Assembly (NCBI RefSeq): GCF_006345805.1
Contig: NC_043026.1
Span: 2,790,001-2,854,000, forward strand
Direction: 5' to 3'
Length of the DNA: 64,000 nucleotides
Source: Octopus sinensis
Taxonomy: Eukaryota
Under the pieces are notes generated by a model. The model was not told the origin of the DNA and did no database searches. It saw nothing but the letters and a program-made list of their open reading frames with translations. Within the stretch, counting starts at the first letter, position 1; every line of letters starts with the position of its first letter. The translations under genes and the position numbers were made by a program. Of this stretch, positions 26,387 to 39,314 are shown piece after piece.

Positions 26387-26405
26387 TCTACCTTCTCCTC
26401 TGCAG

Positions 26406-26534
26406 AACAGTTATTTGTCAAAGAAGAAAGTGTCCGTCAGTCGGCCAGCAATGTCCTCGAGGCCCTTGCACGACAATGCAGTTCACCCGACGCAGTTGAC
26501 AGTGTCACAATACATCTGTTTCAAGTTTTAGCAG
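26406..26534 (+). CDS. GCN1: GCN1 exon (QLFVKEESVRQ...ALARQCSSPDAV...HLFQVLA)
   Basis: tgcag| and |gtaaga, 129 nt; LARQCS and HLF motifs conserved with human. Confidence 0.92.
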
Positions 26535-27544
26535 GTAAGAGATACACTCTACTCACACCCAGGGACTTATTTGCTCCCAGAACTTTTCTTGTGGAGAGGA
26601 AATCTTTGATCTCAAGACATAAGCTTTAATTTCTTTTTACATTCTGTCACATTCATCATTTAAATTGAGATAATTGTTACTGAATTTTTTGCAGTTAATC
26701 TCGGAGTTCTTTTCATCAAAATTTACAAACCCCACAAAAAAATATATTACCTGTGAAGGCAGTAACTCACACCACCTGTTAGTTTCTTAATGAAAATGCT
26801 GCAAAATCCTTCAAAGGGAAAACATTTTTATGTTATAATTAAGTAATTAATTAATAATTACGGCACGTAAAAAGCACCATCCGATCGTGGCCGTTTGCCA
26901 GACTCCCCTGGCACGTAAAAAGCACCCACTACACTCACGGAGTGGTTGGCGTTAGGAAGGGCATCCAGCTGTAGAAACACTGCCAAATCAGACTGGGCCT
27001 GGTGCAGCCTCCTGGCTTCCCAGACCCCAGTTGAACCGTCCAACCCATACTAGCATGGAAAGCGGACGTTAAATGATGATGATGATGATATGCACCACAT
27101 TTTTTTTTAGCACCTGGCTGAAGCCGGTGTCACATAACTGACATGTAAAAAGCATGGAGGCAATGTGGTCAACACCAGTGTCACTTAACGAGCACCCGTG
27201 CTTGTGGCAGGTAAAAAAAACACCATTCAAGCAATGTGGGCGAAGCTGGAGTGGTTGGTGTTAGGAAGGGCATCCAGCTGTAGGAACCATGCCAAATCAG
27301 ACTAGAGTTTGGACAGCCCCCCCCCCCCAGCTTACCAGCCCTAGTCAAACCGTCCAACCCATGCCAGCATGGACACTGGACGTTAAAGAATGATGATGAC
27401 AAACGACTATTTACCTCAGCTGTTTTGATGCCAACCTACCTGAGACTGCTTCTGGTTTGAGGATACAAGCACCCATTTCCAAGTGTTTGAAATCCAAACC
27501 TTCTTCCATCAAAATCTCATGTTCTGGTCCAGACTTCAGTTTAA

Positions 27545-28479
27545 CCCTTTTGCTACCTTATTTCTGTTGAGACGCTCCGTGTTTCTTTTAATTAATCCTA
27601 GCCCTTTAGCATTTAAACCGGCCATATCCGGCCAAAAGTATTCTACCTGTTTTATGTTCAAACTGGCCAGATCTGGTCTCTCACACCAACCCTACAATAT
27701 CGTTTTAAAAATCAACAGCGCAGGAGTGGCTGTGTGGTAAGTAGCTTGTTTACCAACCACATAGTTCCGGGTTCAGTCCCACTGCGTGGCACCTTGGGCA
27801 AGTGTCTTCTACTGTAGCCTCGAGCCAACCAAAGCCTTATGTGTGGATTTGGTAGACGGAAACTGAAAGAAGCCTGTCGTATATATGTATATATATATAT
27901 GTGTCTGTGTTTGTCCCCCTAGCATTGCTTGACAACCGATGCTGGTGTGTTTATGTCCCCGTCACTTAGCAGTTCGGCAAAAGAGACCAATAGAATAAGT
28001 ACTGGGCTTACAAAGAATAAGTCCCGGGGTTGAGTTGCTCGATTAAAGGCGGTGCTCCAGCATGGCCGCAGTCAAATGACTGAAACAAGTAAAAGAGTAA
28101 AGAGTAAGAGTATATCCGGCCAAAAGTATTCTACCTGTTTTATGTTCAAACTGGCCAGAGCTGGTCTCTCACACCAACCCTACAATATCGTTTTAAAAAT
28201 TAACAGCTACCTCATCAAAATCTCATAGCTCCAAGATAATGCCTGATTAGTTCAAGACAATGTGGATAAAAAAGGATTAATTTTAGCAGAATAATGCGAA
28301 CACTAAAGGGTTAAATGTAACAAAGAATTTAGTAAAATAACTTCGTTATCATTAAGCTAGTGTTAGGAACATAAATTGTGACTAAGGTTTGGTAGAAGAT
28401 TTTTATTGAGAACTTTTGAAAACAAGACATTTGTACTACAGAGCCAGGGGCTGTTTCAGCCAGGTTGGTATCAAAAGGG
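27545..28479. mobile_element. piggyBac-like MITE containing a nested SINE
   Basis: TTAA|CCCTTTTGCTACC ... GGTATCAAAAGGG|TTAA. Confidence 0.55.
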
Positions 28480-29527
28480 TTAAATATACCTCTACATTTA
28501 GGCAAATGGACATTAGAAGCATTTGGAAGGGTGTGGAATGGAGGAAATTTTTGCTATTATTTCTAGCATATAGAGGGACCACATTTATGTCTCCTCTCAT
28601 TTCTTCTACTGATTATTTTTTTCTTAACTCTTTTGTTACCATATTTCTGTTGAGATGCTCTGTGTTTCTTTCAATTAATTTTAAATATAACAAAGAATTT
28701 AATGAAATAACTTCATTATCATTAAGCAGTTAAAAATATAAAATTGTGACTAAGGTTTGGTGGAAGATTTTAATTCAGAACTTTTAGAAACATGACATTT
28801 GTACTAGAGAGCCAAAGTCGGCTTCAGTCGGGTTCGTATCGAAAGGGTGGTTAATGATGACGAAATTATTTTACTAAATTCTTCATTAATGTCGAAATTA
28901 GAGAAGACTCGTCAAGCCAAATGAATTTCTTATTCTGTACAGTGCCAATGAAATGTAAAGGTAGCTGTGCCAATGGCACATAAAAGCCACCACACTCTTG
29001 GAGTTGTTGGCATTATGAATGAAGACTGGAGCCTGGTGCCACTCTCTGACTTCCCAAATCCTGTCAAAGTAACCGTCCAACCCATGCCAGCATGGAAAGC
29101 AGATACTAAATGATGATGATGATGAAAGAGGAATATGGTATCAAAAGGGGGTTTTTTTTAACAAAAAAAAGCTGTCATTTCTGCAAATATTGCCAATTTT
29201 CTCAACAATCTGATCACAAGTAAAAACACTAAAAACATTTGAATAAAAAGACCCAGTTTCACTCAGTCATTACAGAACTCCCATTTTGCCTCTTCATCAG
29301 TGTTTAACATCCATCTCCCATGCATTCACGAAAAGGACCGTTCACAGGAGCTACCCAGGTAGAAAAACTACCCAAGGCTACTGTGTCAGTTATTGCAGGG
29401 ACCTTTTTGGCTGGATACCCTTCCTAACACTAAACCGCTCCACAGACATAATTATATTTCTGTTACCATTTTTAATTAGTATCTCTAATTAGTTTTCTCT
29501 CTCCCACCCCTGTCACCACCACCACAG

Positions 29528-29680
29528 GTTCGGAAGGCAAGTTGATTTCAGCTGACCAACGCATTGGTGTTCTAAATGGCATCAACAGTCTCAGTCACCA
29601 TGTGGTCAGTGGTGTGGCTGTTGTCCAGAAACTCACAGCTTCTATCACAGAACGGTTCATTCCCATCCTGGGGCAAGAAG
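29528..29680 (+). CDS. GCN1: GCN1 exon (GSEGKLISADQRIGVLNGINSLSHHVVSG...FIPILGQE)
   Basis: acag| and |gtcagt, 153 nt; GSEGKL and SHHVVSG identical to human. Confidence 0.95.
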
Positions 29681-29868
29681 GTCAGTATGCACTTCTCTTG
29701 TTAATCTTATTGTGTGTAGCATGTGACACATGAACTGGATGGATGTTAAGGATGGATGGATGGATGTGTGTGTTTATGGTACATACAAAGTATTGAGTGT
29801 ATGTATGTATGCATTGTGTAATGTATATATCTGTGTAGTGGTGTATGGAGACTGGATGTGTATTTATA

Positions 29869-29903
<35 letters not shown>

Positions 29904-30337
29904 CCTTCAATGCCCACAAGGGGCTAAACATAGAGGGGACAAACAAGGACAGACAAACAGATTAGGTCGATTACATCGACCCCAGTGCGAAATTGGTACT
30001 TAATTTATCGACCCCGAAAGGATGAAAGACAAAGTCAACCTCGGCGGAATTTGAACTCAGAACGTAACGACAGACGAAATACCACTAAGCATTTCGCCCA
30101 GTGCGCTAACGTTTCTGCCAGCTCGCCGCCTGTATATGTGTGTGTGTGGGGATGTATATGTATATAGCATGGTGTGTGTGTGTGCATGTGTATAGTATAT
30201 ATTTGTGTGCCGCTGTGTACAGTGATGTGTGTTTGTCTGGTGATCCATGTAATTGCACACTGACCAGTCGATCAGTGTGTCTGTCTGTGTGTCACTCAAC
30301 TACGGTCATCTCCTTTCTCTGTCCTTTACTGTTGCAG

Positions 30338-30435
30338 TTCATGAGGGGACGTTGGTCTGTATACTCCAAGTATTAACCTCCTGGTGTTCACGTTTACACA
30401 CTGAAGTCCCGCCTGCCCTCGTTGATGGTTTCAAG
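30338..30435 (+). CDS. GCN1: GCN1 exon (VHEGTLVCILQVLTSWC...FK)
   Basis: tgcag| and |gtaagt, 98 nt; VHEGTLV identical to human. Confidence 0.95.
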
Positions 30436-32419
30436 GTAAGTTGGCTTCATCTTCTGCCTCCACACTTCCACATCCATGCAACTATTACCTGTGGCACATA
30501 AACTTTATTCCCCCAACCACTGTGTGGCACCGTGGGAAAAGTGTCTTCTTCTATAGCCTCGGACCGACCAAAGCCTTGTGAGTGAATTTGGTAGATGGAA
30601 ACTGAAAGAAGCCTGTGTGTCTGTGTTTGTCCCCCCCACCATCGCTTGGCAACTGATGTTGGTATTTTTACATTCTTAGCAGTTCGGCAAAAGAGACTGA
30701 TAGAATAAGGCTTGCAAATAATAAGTCCTGGGGTCGATTTGTTCAACTAAAAGTAGTGCTCCAGCATGGCCACAGTCAAATGACAGTGACTGAATCCTTT
30801 GGTGATCTGCTTGAGAAGACCCCTCAAACCAAGTGAAATCATAGTCATGGCTGGTGTCACATCAATGGCACCCTTGCCAGTGGCACATAAAAAGCACCTT
30901 TCAAGTGTTGGGCCTCAGAGAGGCAAAGGAGCTGATGCTGGTGGCATGGGAAAAGCTCCTTTCGAGTGTTTGGCCTAACAGGGGCAATGGCCGTGACCTT
31001 TGGCATTATGTCATGCTTGAGAAGGAGACCCATGAAGCCAAGTAAAATTGTAGCCGTGGCAGATGTTGGTGTCACACAAATGGCGGCACCCGTAATGGTA
31101 ACACATGAAAGCTTATTATTACACTCTCATAGTGGTTGGTTTTAGGAAGGGCTTTAGGCCATAGAAACCATACCAAATCAGACAAGAGTCTGGTGCAGCC
31201 TTCCAGCTTACCTGCCCGGGTCATACCATCCAACCCATGCCCAATGATTATATATATATATGGCTGTGTGGTTAGGGAGCTTGCTTCCTAGCTACATGGT
31301 TTCGGGTTCAGTCCCACTGCGTGGCACTTTGGGTTGGTGTCTTCCACTATAGCCCTGAGCCGACCGGAGCTTTGTGATTGAATTCGGTAGGTGGGAGTTA
31401 CTGCCGTGTGTGTATATGTGCGTATAGCTGCTCAGTTCCTCTCCCAAAGAGAGAGAGAGGGATATATATATATATATTTATGTATATGTAAAAAAATACA
31501 AACTGGGACAAGAACGCAAAACATTTAGAAGACAATACAAAAAACCCGGACGGGACATTCGAAGCCTTCAATCTTCAGTCAAGAACCGGATCATCCTCGC
31601 AATTTCGGCTGATTAATCTTGAGATCACTCTGATCCGGCCAGCCCCAAGGAAAAACTAAGCTACGGGCATTAGATTTCTTGGAAAAAGGATCGAATGTAT
31701 ACGAAACAAGGACAGAAAAACGGACGATGCCACACGAATATAAAATACAAAAAACAATAATAGTAAAAATATATGTCTAGCCATCTTCGTTATTTTATGA
31801 TTTTCTCATTACTATTTTGCTGAATTGGCCATTGATTCCTATGGCAAATACTATAAACTGACAAAGCTGGAGGAGAATGGAGGGCAAATTCATCGTAGCG
31901 TTGCCATTGCTTGACTGAATCCTTGCAAAACAAATGTTGGTGACTGCAAGAGCACCCCGTTGTAAAATGCTGCCCGTAAGAGAAATCTCCATCCAAACTC
32001 AAGCTAGCATGGTTGAAAAATGGATCTTTTATCTTCTATCTTTCACTTGTTTCAGTCATTTGTGGCCAAGCTGGGGCACTGGCTTGAGGAATTCTAGTCA
32101 AGCAAATCATCTCCAGTACTTATTCATTTTTGGGTAAAGCCTCATCTTTATTCTGTTGGACTCTTTTTCCAAACCACTGAGTTACAGGGGATGTAAACAC
32201 ACCAACACCAATTGCTGTGTCTGTTGGTGGGGAACAGACACAGACACACGCATGATAGGCTTCTTTCAGTTTCCATCTACCAAATGCCCTTACAAGGCTT
32301 TGGTCGGCCCAAGGCTATAGTAAAAGACACTGGAGCAAGGTGCCATGCAATGGGACTGAACTGGGAGCCATGTGGTTAGCAAGCAGAGTTCTTACCGCAC
32401 AGCCATGCCTCTGCCTATA

Positions 32420-32702
32420 TCTTTATATATAAAACTGAAGTTGTGTGTGTGTCTGTCTACTCCGATTTAGATTCCTAACTACTCCCACATTTTGCGGTGC
32501 AGTTTAACCAAAAGCGGGTATCTTATAGTCGTGATTCATATCGAGCCCTTCTAGGTATTAGTGCGCGTCTACAATGAGTCTACGATTTAAAAAAAATTTG
32601 CCATCATTTTTCCGCAGTTTTTGCTTGGTTTATATAAGGGAAGTAACTCTCTAAAACTGCTTATATAGTTATTTCCCTTACAAATCCGAGCAACGCTGCT
32701 AG
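32420..32702 (+). mobile_element. Non-autonomous Helitron (same family; 3' hairpin partly deleted)
   Basis: TCTTTATATATAAAA...CTAG termini and shared internal sequence. Confidence 0.75.
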
Positions 32703-32749
32703 TGTTAAATAAACAAACAAATGATTCTGTCTTCTCTCTGCCTTTCCAG

Positions 32750-32825
32750 AAAGGACTCACCCTTAAGACTTCCACATCTGCGGTACGCAATGCCTACATA
32801 TGTTGTATGGTTTCTGCATTTCATG
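32750..32825 (+). CDS. GCN1: GCN1 exon (KGLTLKTSTSAVRNAYICCMVSAFH)
   Basis: ttccag| and |gtaatt, 76 nt; LKTSTSAVR identical to human. Confidence 0.95.
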
Positions 32826-32867
32826 GTAATTATTGGCCATAATTTCTTTTTATTTTTGCATTATTCT

Positions 32868-32911
<44 letters not shown>

Positions 32912-33283
32912 CACACTGTGTCTCTCTGTCTCCTTCACTCTTCCCCTATCCTCCACCTTGCCCCTCACCTCTCCCTCCCTATTCTATACTCAATCTGTCA
33001 CCCTCTTACTCTCTCTCCTCTCCTCCACCTCACCCTGCTCTTTCTCTCCCCCTTACTCTATACTCAGCTTCTCACTCCCTCTCCATTCTCCCCTCTATCC
33101 CCTGCACTTCACCTCTCCCCTACCCTCCAGCTTTTCCCCTCCCTTATCCTATACTCAACATCCTGCCATCTCTCACTTCCCTCTCTCCTGCCCTGCACTT
33201 CACCCCCTCCCACTCTCTCCCCCATCTATTTACCTCCCCCCGCTCTCCTTTACTCACTCTCCGTCTCTTGTTCTCTCCATCAG

Positions 33284-33529
33284 GTGACACCTTACTCCAG
33301 GCACAGAAAGTGGTGCCCCTCCTGTTGCAAGTCGTTGAGAAGGCCAGCAATCAACCCAATCAGACACAATTAGTCACGGAGGCCTTGTCTGCCTCCCGTC
33401 TGTTGCTCCAGCTGAGCCTGGCTGACATCCAGTATGAGACGAAGCTTGCCCAGTTCTGGAACGTCGTCCTTGATGCCAGCAAACTGCTCTTCTTCAACGA
33501 CAAGAGCCTCTCTTCCCTGTCTGATGAAG
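33284..33529 (+). CDS. GCN1: GCN1 exon (GDTLLQAQKVVPLLLQVVEKA...SLSDE)
   Basis: catcag| and |gtcagt, 246 nt; matches human GDTLLQALDLLPLLIQTVEKA. Confidence 0.95.
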
Positions 33530-34037
33530 GTCAGTTCTTCTTTCACATTCAACTCCCTTAGCAGTTGAGCCAGTCACATCCAGACCAAAGTGTTCTTCCT
33601 GTTTTATGTTCAAACTAACCAGATCTGGACTCTCACACCTACCCAACAATGTCAATCTAAAAATATACAATTACATCTGCCAGCCTCATCTGGCACCTGT
33701 GTCGGTGGCACACAAAAAACACCATCCGAGCGTGGCCGTCTGGCACCTGTGTCGGTGGCTCACAAAAAACACCATCCGAGCGTGACCGTTCGCCAGCCTC
33801 GTCTGGCACCTGTGTCGGTGGCACATAAAATCACCCACTACACTCACGGAGTGGCTGGCGTTAGGAAGGGCATCCAGCTGTAGAAACACTGCCAGATCTG
33901 ACTGGCCTGGTGCAGCCTTCGGGCTCCCCAGACCCCAGTTGAACCGTCCAACCCATGCTAGCATGGAAAGCGGATGTTAAATGATGATGATGATGACATC
34001 ATTCAAATCTCAAAGCTACAAAATAATGCTTGATTAA

Positions 34038-34919
34038 CCCCTTCCAGGCGAAAGTTTTTGGAGAAAATGCTTCATTTTCAGATGAATTTTTTTAATAGTA
34101 TTTTTAATATTGATTATGGAAATGTCTATTTCTAATAGATTTAATAATGCTTACAGTCAGTTTTTCGAAATCAGTGGCAGACGTCACTAGAAAAACTCTT
34201 ATATATTTGCAAAGCAGCCTTGTCTTTCATCGTGACCTGGTGGTTACCGCCCGTTGATAAGAGACAATAATCTCGAAACCGGTCCGTGCGTATCACTCAG
34301 GCTTGCGAGGAAGGGATGGCCTCCCTTTGCAAATACTTCAAGGGCACTGAAATGGTGTCTAAAGCCAGCTGGAGACGATGATCTCCTGGGGCTATAGAGC
34401 TACAGTAACACCCCCTCCCCTTTGTGGTTAGCCATATTAAGATGGTTTCTATACTTTACATTATCGAGCAATTACTGTTTACATCTCATTCTGAGATTTA
34501 ATAATGCTTATTTCTAATATTTCACTTGAAATTTTATTTTGAAGATTTGGTAAAAACAAGATAACTTGCCTTCCCATATTATTTCTTTTATTAATTGCCT
34601 TTTTTTTTTTAACATTATCATCAAAAGTAAAAGGGGATTACATATTTTATCTTATTTTACACTTTTTTTTTTGTATGTCTTCTCAAAAATCTGGTTTTTT
34701 TTTATATGTATTTATTTTTCTGAGCTTGATGTCTGGGTGTAATTTGTAAAAAAAATTTTTTTAATTAAAAAAAAAGAGTAAAAACTGAAAAATGCCAATT
34801 GACGTGTGAATTTGTCTGTGGCTGTTTTTGAAATTATGTTTTGGCTGAGTGTACCTGTCACATTCTGGAAAAGACAAATTCGGTAAAGTTGAGTTAACTC
34901 GTCTTTGCCAGGTAAAGGG
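34038..34919. mobile_element. piggyBac-like MITE hosting the hammerhead insert
   Basis: TTAA|CCCCTTCCAGGC ... GCCAGGTAAAGGG|TTAA. Confidence 0.45.
34245..34292 (+). ncRNA. Type I hammerhead motif with U3:A8 variant core
   Basis: TACCGCCCG-TTGATAA-GAGA caataa TCTC-GAAAC-CG-GTC-CGTGCGTA. Confidence 0.7.
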
Positions 34920-36997
34920 TTAATTCAAAACCATGTCCATTATCATCAATCATCGTTTAACGTCCGCTTTCCATGCTGGCATGGGTTGGACAGGATGACT
35001 GAGAACTAGCAAACTGAGGGGCCGGTCCAGGCCCCAGTCTGATCTGGCAAGGTTTCTACAGCTGGATGCCCCTCCTAACACCAACCGCTCCGAGAGTGTA
35101 GTGGGTGCTTTTTATGTGCCACCGGAACAGGGGTCAGTCAGCTGGCACTGGCATCGGCCACATTTGGATGGTGCTTTTTATGTGCCACCGGCACAGGGGC
35201 CAGTCAGCTGGCACTGGCATCGGCCACATTTGGATGGTGCTTTTTATGTGCCACCAGCACAGGATAAATAAAACATTTCATTTGACAGAGTGATTTCAAT
35301 GCTAAAGGGTTATACACACACACACACACACACACACATATGTATGTATATAGTTGAAAAGATTCTTATTATTAGGACAGTGAGCTGGCAGAACCATTAG
35401 CATGCTGGACAAAATATTTACCGGTACTTTGCCGATCATTATGTTCTGAGTTCAAATTCTGCCATGGTCAACTTTGCCTTTCATTCTTTGGGGGTCGATA
35501 AATTAGGTACCAGTGAAATTCTGGGGTCGATATAATCGACTGGTCCCCTCCCACAAAATGTCAGGTCTTGTGCCTCAAACAAACAATTATTATTAAGTCC
35601 AGTGACCTGATAGAATTGTCAGCATGCCAGACAAAATACTCCTCAATGCCACCATCTTGTGTCTGTTTTCCATGCTGGCATGGGTTGGACAGTTTGACTG
35701 GGGCTGGCAAGTCAGAAGACTGCCAAGCTCTTCTGTCTGTTTTGCCCTGGTTCCTTCAGCTGGATGCCCTTCTTAATGCCAATCAATTTACAGATTGTAC
35801 AGGGTGCTTTTTTGCATGATACCTGCACTGGTAAGATTACCAAGGGAGGAAGTAGTGCTGAGGGAGGTGGCTTTGTGAAATATTGTGTTGTTAAGTAGGT
35901 TCCTCCCACTGGTGTGATGTGTGACTGCCGTTGTACTGCAGTTGCTGTTTTACACTAGTAGCCACAATAGTTACTAGTCGTGGGATACCGTTGTATCTCT
36001 TCATACCAGAATAGTAATACACCAGCTTCTTCTGTCTTGCTTTTGCTGATAGCTCCACAAGACCCTGACTCGAACTGTTGACCCTCAACCCTGCGACTCT
36101 CCCTTGATGACTGACTGGTCTATTTTTACTGGGAGGGGTATACAGTTTCATTATACATCAGATTGTATGACAGGAACAGGTTCTTTGCTGTAGAGAATCC
36201 TGAACACCCCCTTGTGAATGAAGGTGGACTAATCGATTCCAGAAGATTAGAACTGAATGAACTGTCAGTTGGGATCGTCAACGTCGTTGGTTGAACTGAT
36301 TTGGTTTAACCATGTTAGTTTGACTTGTTGGTAGTTGAACAGTGAATGCTGAGTATTGTACTTAGGTTCAAGAAGTTCAGAGCGTGTTCTGTGTTAACAT
36401 AGATTTCTGCGATCGGTAATTTTTAGATAACCACAACCATTTTGTAGCTGAGATACCAGTGCTGGTGGCACGTAAGAGAACCGTCCGAACGTGGCCGTTA
36501 CCAGCGCCGCCCCGACTGGCCTCCATGCTGGTCGCACGTAAAAAGCACCATCCAATCGTGGCCGTTTGCCAGCCTCGTCTAGCACCTGTGTCGGTGACAC
36601 GTAAAAAGCACCATCCAATCGTGGCCGTTTGCCAGCCTCGTCTGGCACCTGTGCAGGTGGCACGTAAAAAGCACCCACTACACTCACGGAGTGGTTGGCG
36701 TTAGGAAGGGCATCCAGCTGTAGAAACATTGCCAGATCAGACTGGAGCCTGGTGAAGCCTTCTGGCTTCCCAGACCCCAGTTGAACCGTCCAACCCATGC
36801 TAGCATGGAGAACGGACGCTAAACGATGATGATGATGATTTTACACCATATGTGTATACCCATGTCATAAGAGCTACCCTATTTCAAGGTGGAGTGGGGT
36901 GGTTGTGAAGGTGAATAAAGAGACATGGTATGGGTGAGTCACTGAGTTCATTGAAGTGTTGTGTCATTTATCTTTTTCTTTTTCTTTTCCATTGCAG

Positions 36998-37073
36998 CAT
37001 TTCTCGATCTCATTTTCATGGTTGAGAAACTCATTCTGGACTTTCCGACAATGGATCTCAACAAAATCTCCAA
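36998..37073 (+). CDS. GCN1: GCN1 exon (AFLDLIFMVEKLILDFPTMDLNKIS)
   Basis: ttgcag| and |gtaagc, 76 nt, phases fit both neighbours; weak match to human LTERLFLDHP. Confidence 0.82.
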
Positions 37074-37920
37074 GTAAGCAAGTTTTTTTGTTTTTTTTTT
37101 TTTGCATTCTATGTCAGGTTAGAAACCTATCAAATTCCCTCCAAATTCACATTTGCAATGTCTAACATAGTTATCTCCCTTGCATACATTGCACAGCATC
37201 CCCCCCCTCCCTCGTTCTCTCCTTATTTCTGCTCTGCTCTTCACTCCCTGATCACACTCAACTGGCAGCGGGACTTGGCATTGTTCCTTTTATGTCTCTT
37301 AGCTTTGTGTTCAACCCTTGCAGCATTTAAACTGGCCCCTATCCGACCAAAGTGTTCTTCCTGTTTTATGTTCAAACGGACCGGGTCTGACCTCTCACAC
37401 CTACCCTACAATGCCATTCTAAACATAAGCAATCTTGTCTTCGAAATCTCAAAGTTGCGAGATTATACAAGATTAATTTTATAAAATGTGAATATAGAGG
37501 CGCAGGCATGGCTGTGTGGTAAGAAGCTTGCTTCTCAACTTCATGGTTCCAGGTTCAGTCCCACTGCGTGGCAACTTGAGCAAGTGTCTTCTTCTGTAGC
37601 CTCAGGCTAACCAAAGCCATGTTAGTGGGTTTAGATGACGGAAACTGAAAGAAGCCTGTGTGTCCACCCCCACCATTATTTGACAACCAGTGTTGGTGTG
37701 TTTATGTCCCTGTAACTTACTAGTTAAGCAAAAGAGACTAGTAGAACAAGACCACTAGGTTTACAAAGAATAAGTCCTGAGGTCGATTTTTCTTTTCTTT
37801 TTTTTTGGTTTAAAAAAAGAAAAACCTATAAGGCAGTGCTCCAGCATGGCCACAGACTGAAACAAGTAAAAGGAATAAAAGAATAATGTATGCGTATGTC
37901 TTTGTCTCCCTTTCAAACAG

Positions 37921-38080
37921 GCCCCTGTACAAAGCCCTCGTGCTCGGCCTCACCCACTCCAGCTGGTTGGTGCGGAAGCAATCAATGCAGTGCTTGAAAC
38001 GTGTCTTCCACCTTAGCGATCGCTTGTCGATGGTGGTGGCCATCATAGCTGAGCTGGACAACGTGTTGACCTCCATGAAG
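37921..38080 (+). CDS. GCN1: GCN1 exon (PLYKALVLGLTHSSWLVRKQS...LTSMK)
   Basis: aacag| and |gtaagt, 160 nt; matches human YHRALVAVLLSRTWHVRRQA. Confidence 0.9.
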
Positions 38081-39272
38081 GTAAGTGACGTTTATTTTGA
38101 TTCATGCTACAACTCTGGGCACCATCTTTAGCAGTAACATTTAGGATATATATATATATATATATATATATATTTCTTTACTGCCCACAAGGGGCTAAAC
38201 ATAGAGGGAACAAACAAGGACAGACTAACGGATTAAGTCGATTACATCGACCCCAGTGCGAAACTGGTACTTTATTTATTGACCCCGAAAGGATGAAAGG
38301 CAAAGTTGACCTCGGCGGAATTTGAACTCAGAACGTAACGACAGACGAAATACGGCTACGCATTTCGCCCGGCGTGCTAACCGTTCTGCCAGCTCTATAT
38401 TAATAAATAAAATAAAACATCTGCATATATATAAACATATATGTACGTACCTACCTCTACATGTACATCTACACGCATATATGAGTACAGGACACCAAAA
38501 GGACGTCGAACACAATGAGAAACGAAAACATAGACACAAACCCAAGGAACTGGACATTTTTTTTTAAACAACAAAAAAATAGAGTACAGGACAATTAACA
38601 CAAAGAAAAAACCCCTTCTTCAGTCGCTATGGTTTCATCTACTCTACGTTTCGAAGGTGAAAGCGAGACATATCTTCGACAAGGTAAAAACGGTAAGATA
38701 ACAAGAGAAAGAAAGAGACCTCAATATTATGTAAATAGAGGAATTTATCTGTAAAGTAATATGTTACAATTACTCAATAGTCAAGATAAAACTCTGAGTT
38801 TCAGATGCCGAAGTGGAAATCCACAACACCATCTCTTCGGTTATCTGGCCATCTGAAAAAAATACCATTATATAAAGGGAAATTACTGTGTTATAATTCT
38901 GCTACTTATATAAAATAAGATTAAAATTTCATAGTAAACATGTCTATTCATACTCTCGCATGTGCGCTTGCGGATCCATGTGCGTACTTATACGTCACTA
39001 TGAAAACGTACACATCTTCACTCGCATTTTTCGCCAAATATATACGCATATATATACAAACTCATACACACACACACATGCGTACCGTAAAAGTTCATAC
39101 ATACATCTATATACGCACAAGCACAAGAAAACAGTATTTATATAACGATATTTTTTCATAGCGTTTTTTCAGATGGCCAGATAACCAAAGAGATGGTGTT
39201 GTGGATTTCCACTTCGGCATCTGAAACTCAGAGTTTTATCTTGACTATTGAGTAATTGTACATATTACTTTT

Positions 39273-39314
<42 letters not shown>

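Noticed and set aside
31555-31590. Minus-strand CTGAAGA...GAATGTC
   Set aside because: No stem I complementarity and an incomplete GAAA
32721-33561. Long Leu/Ser/Pro-rich ORFs
   Set aside because: A pyrimidine-rich intron between two GCN1 exons; only the exon portions show homology
38610-38690. TGTCGAAGA...CGAAACGTA and a nearby CTGAAGA on the minus strand
   Set aside because: Resembles the 56017 motif, but helix II and stem I cannot be built; too degenerate to call
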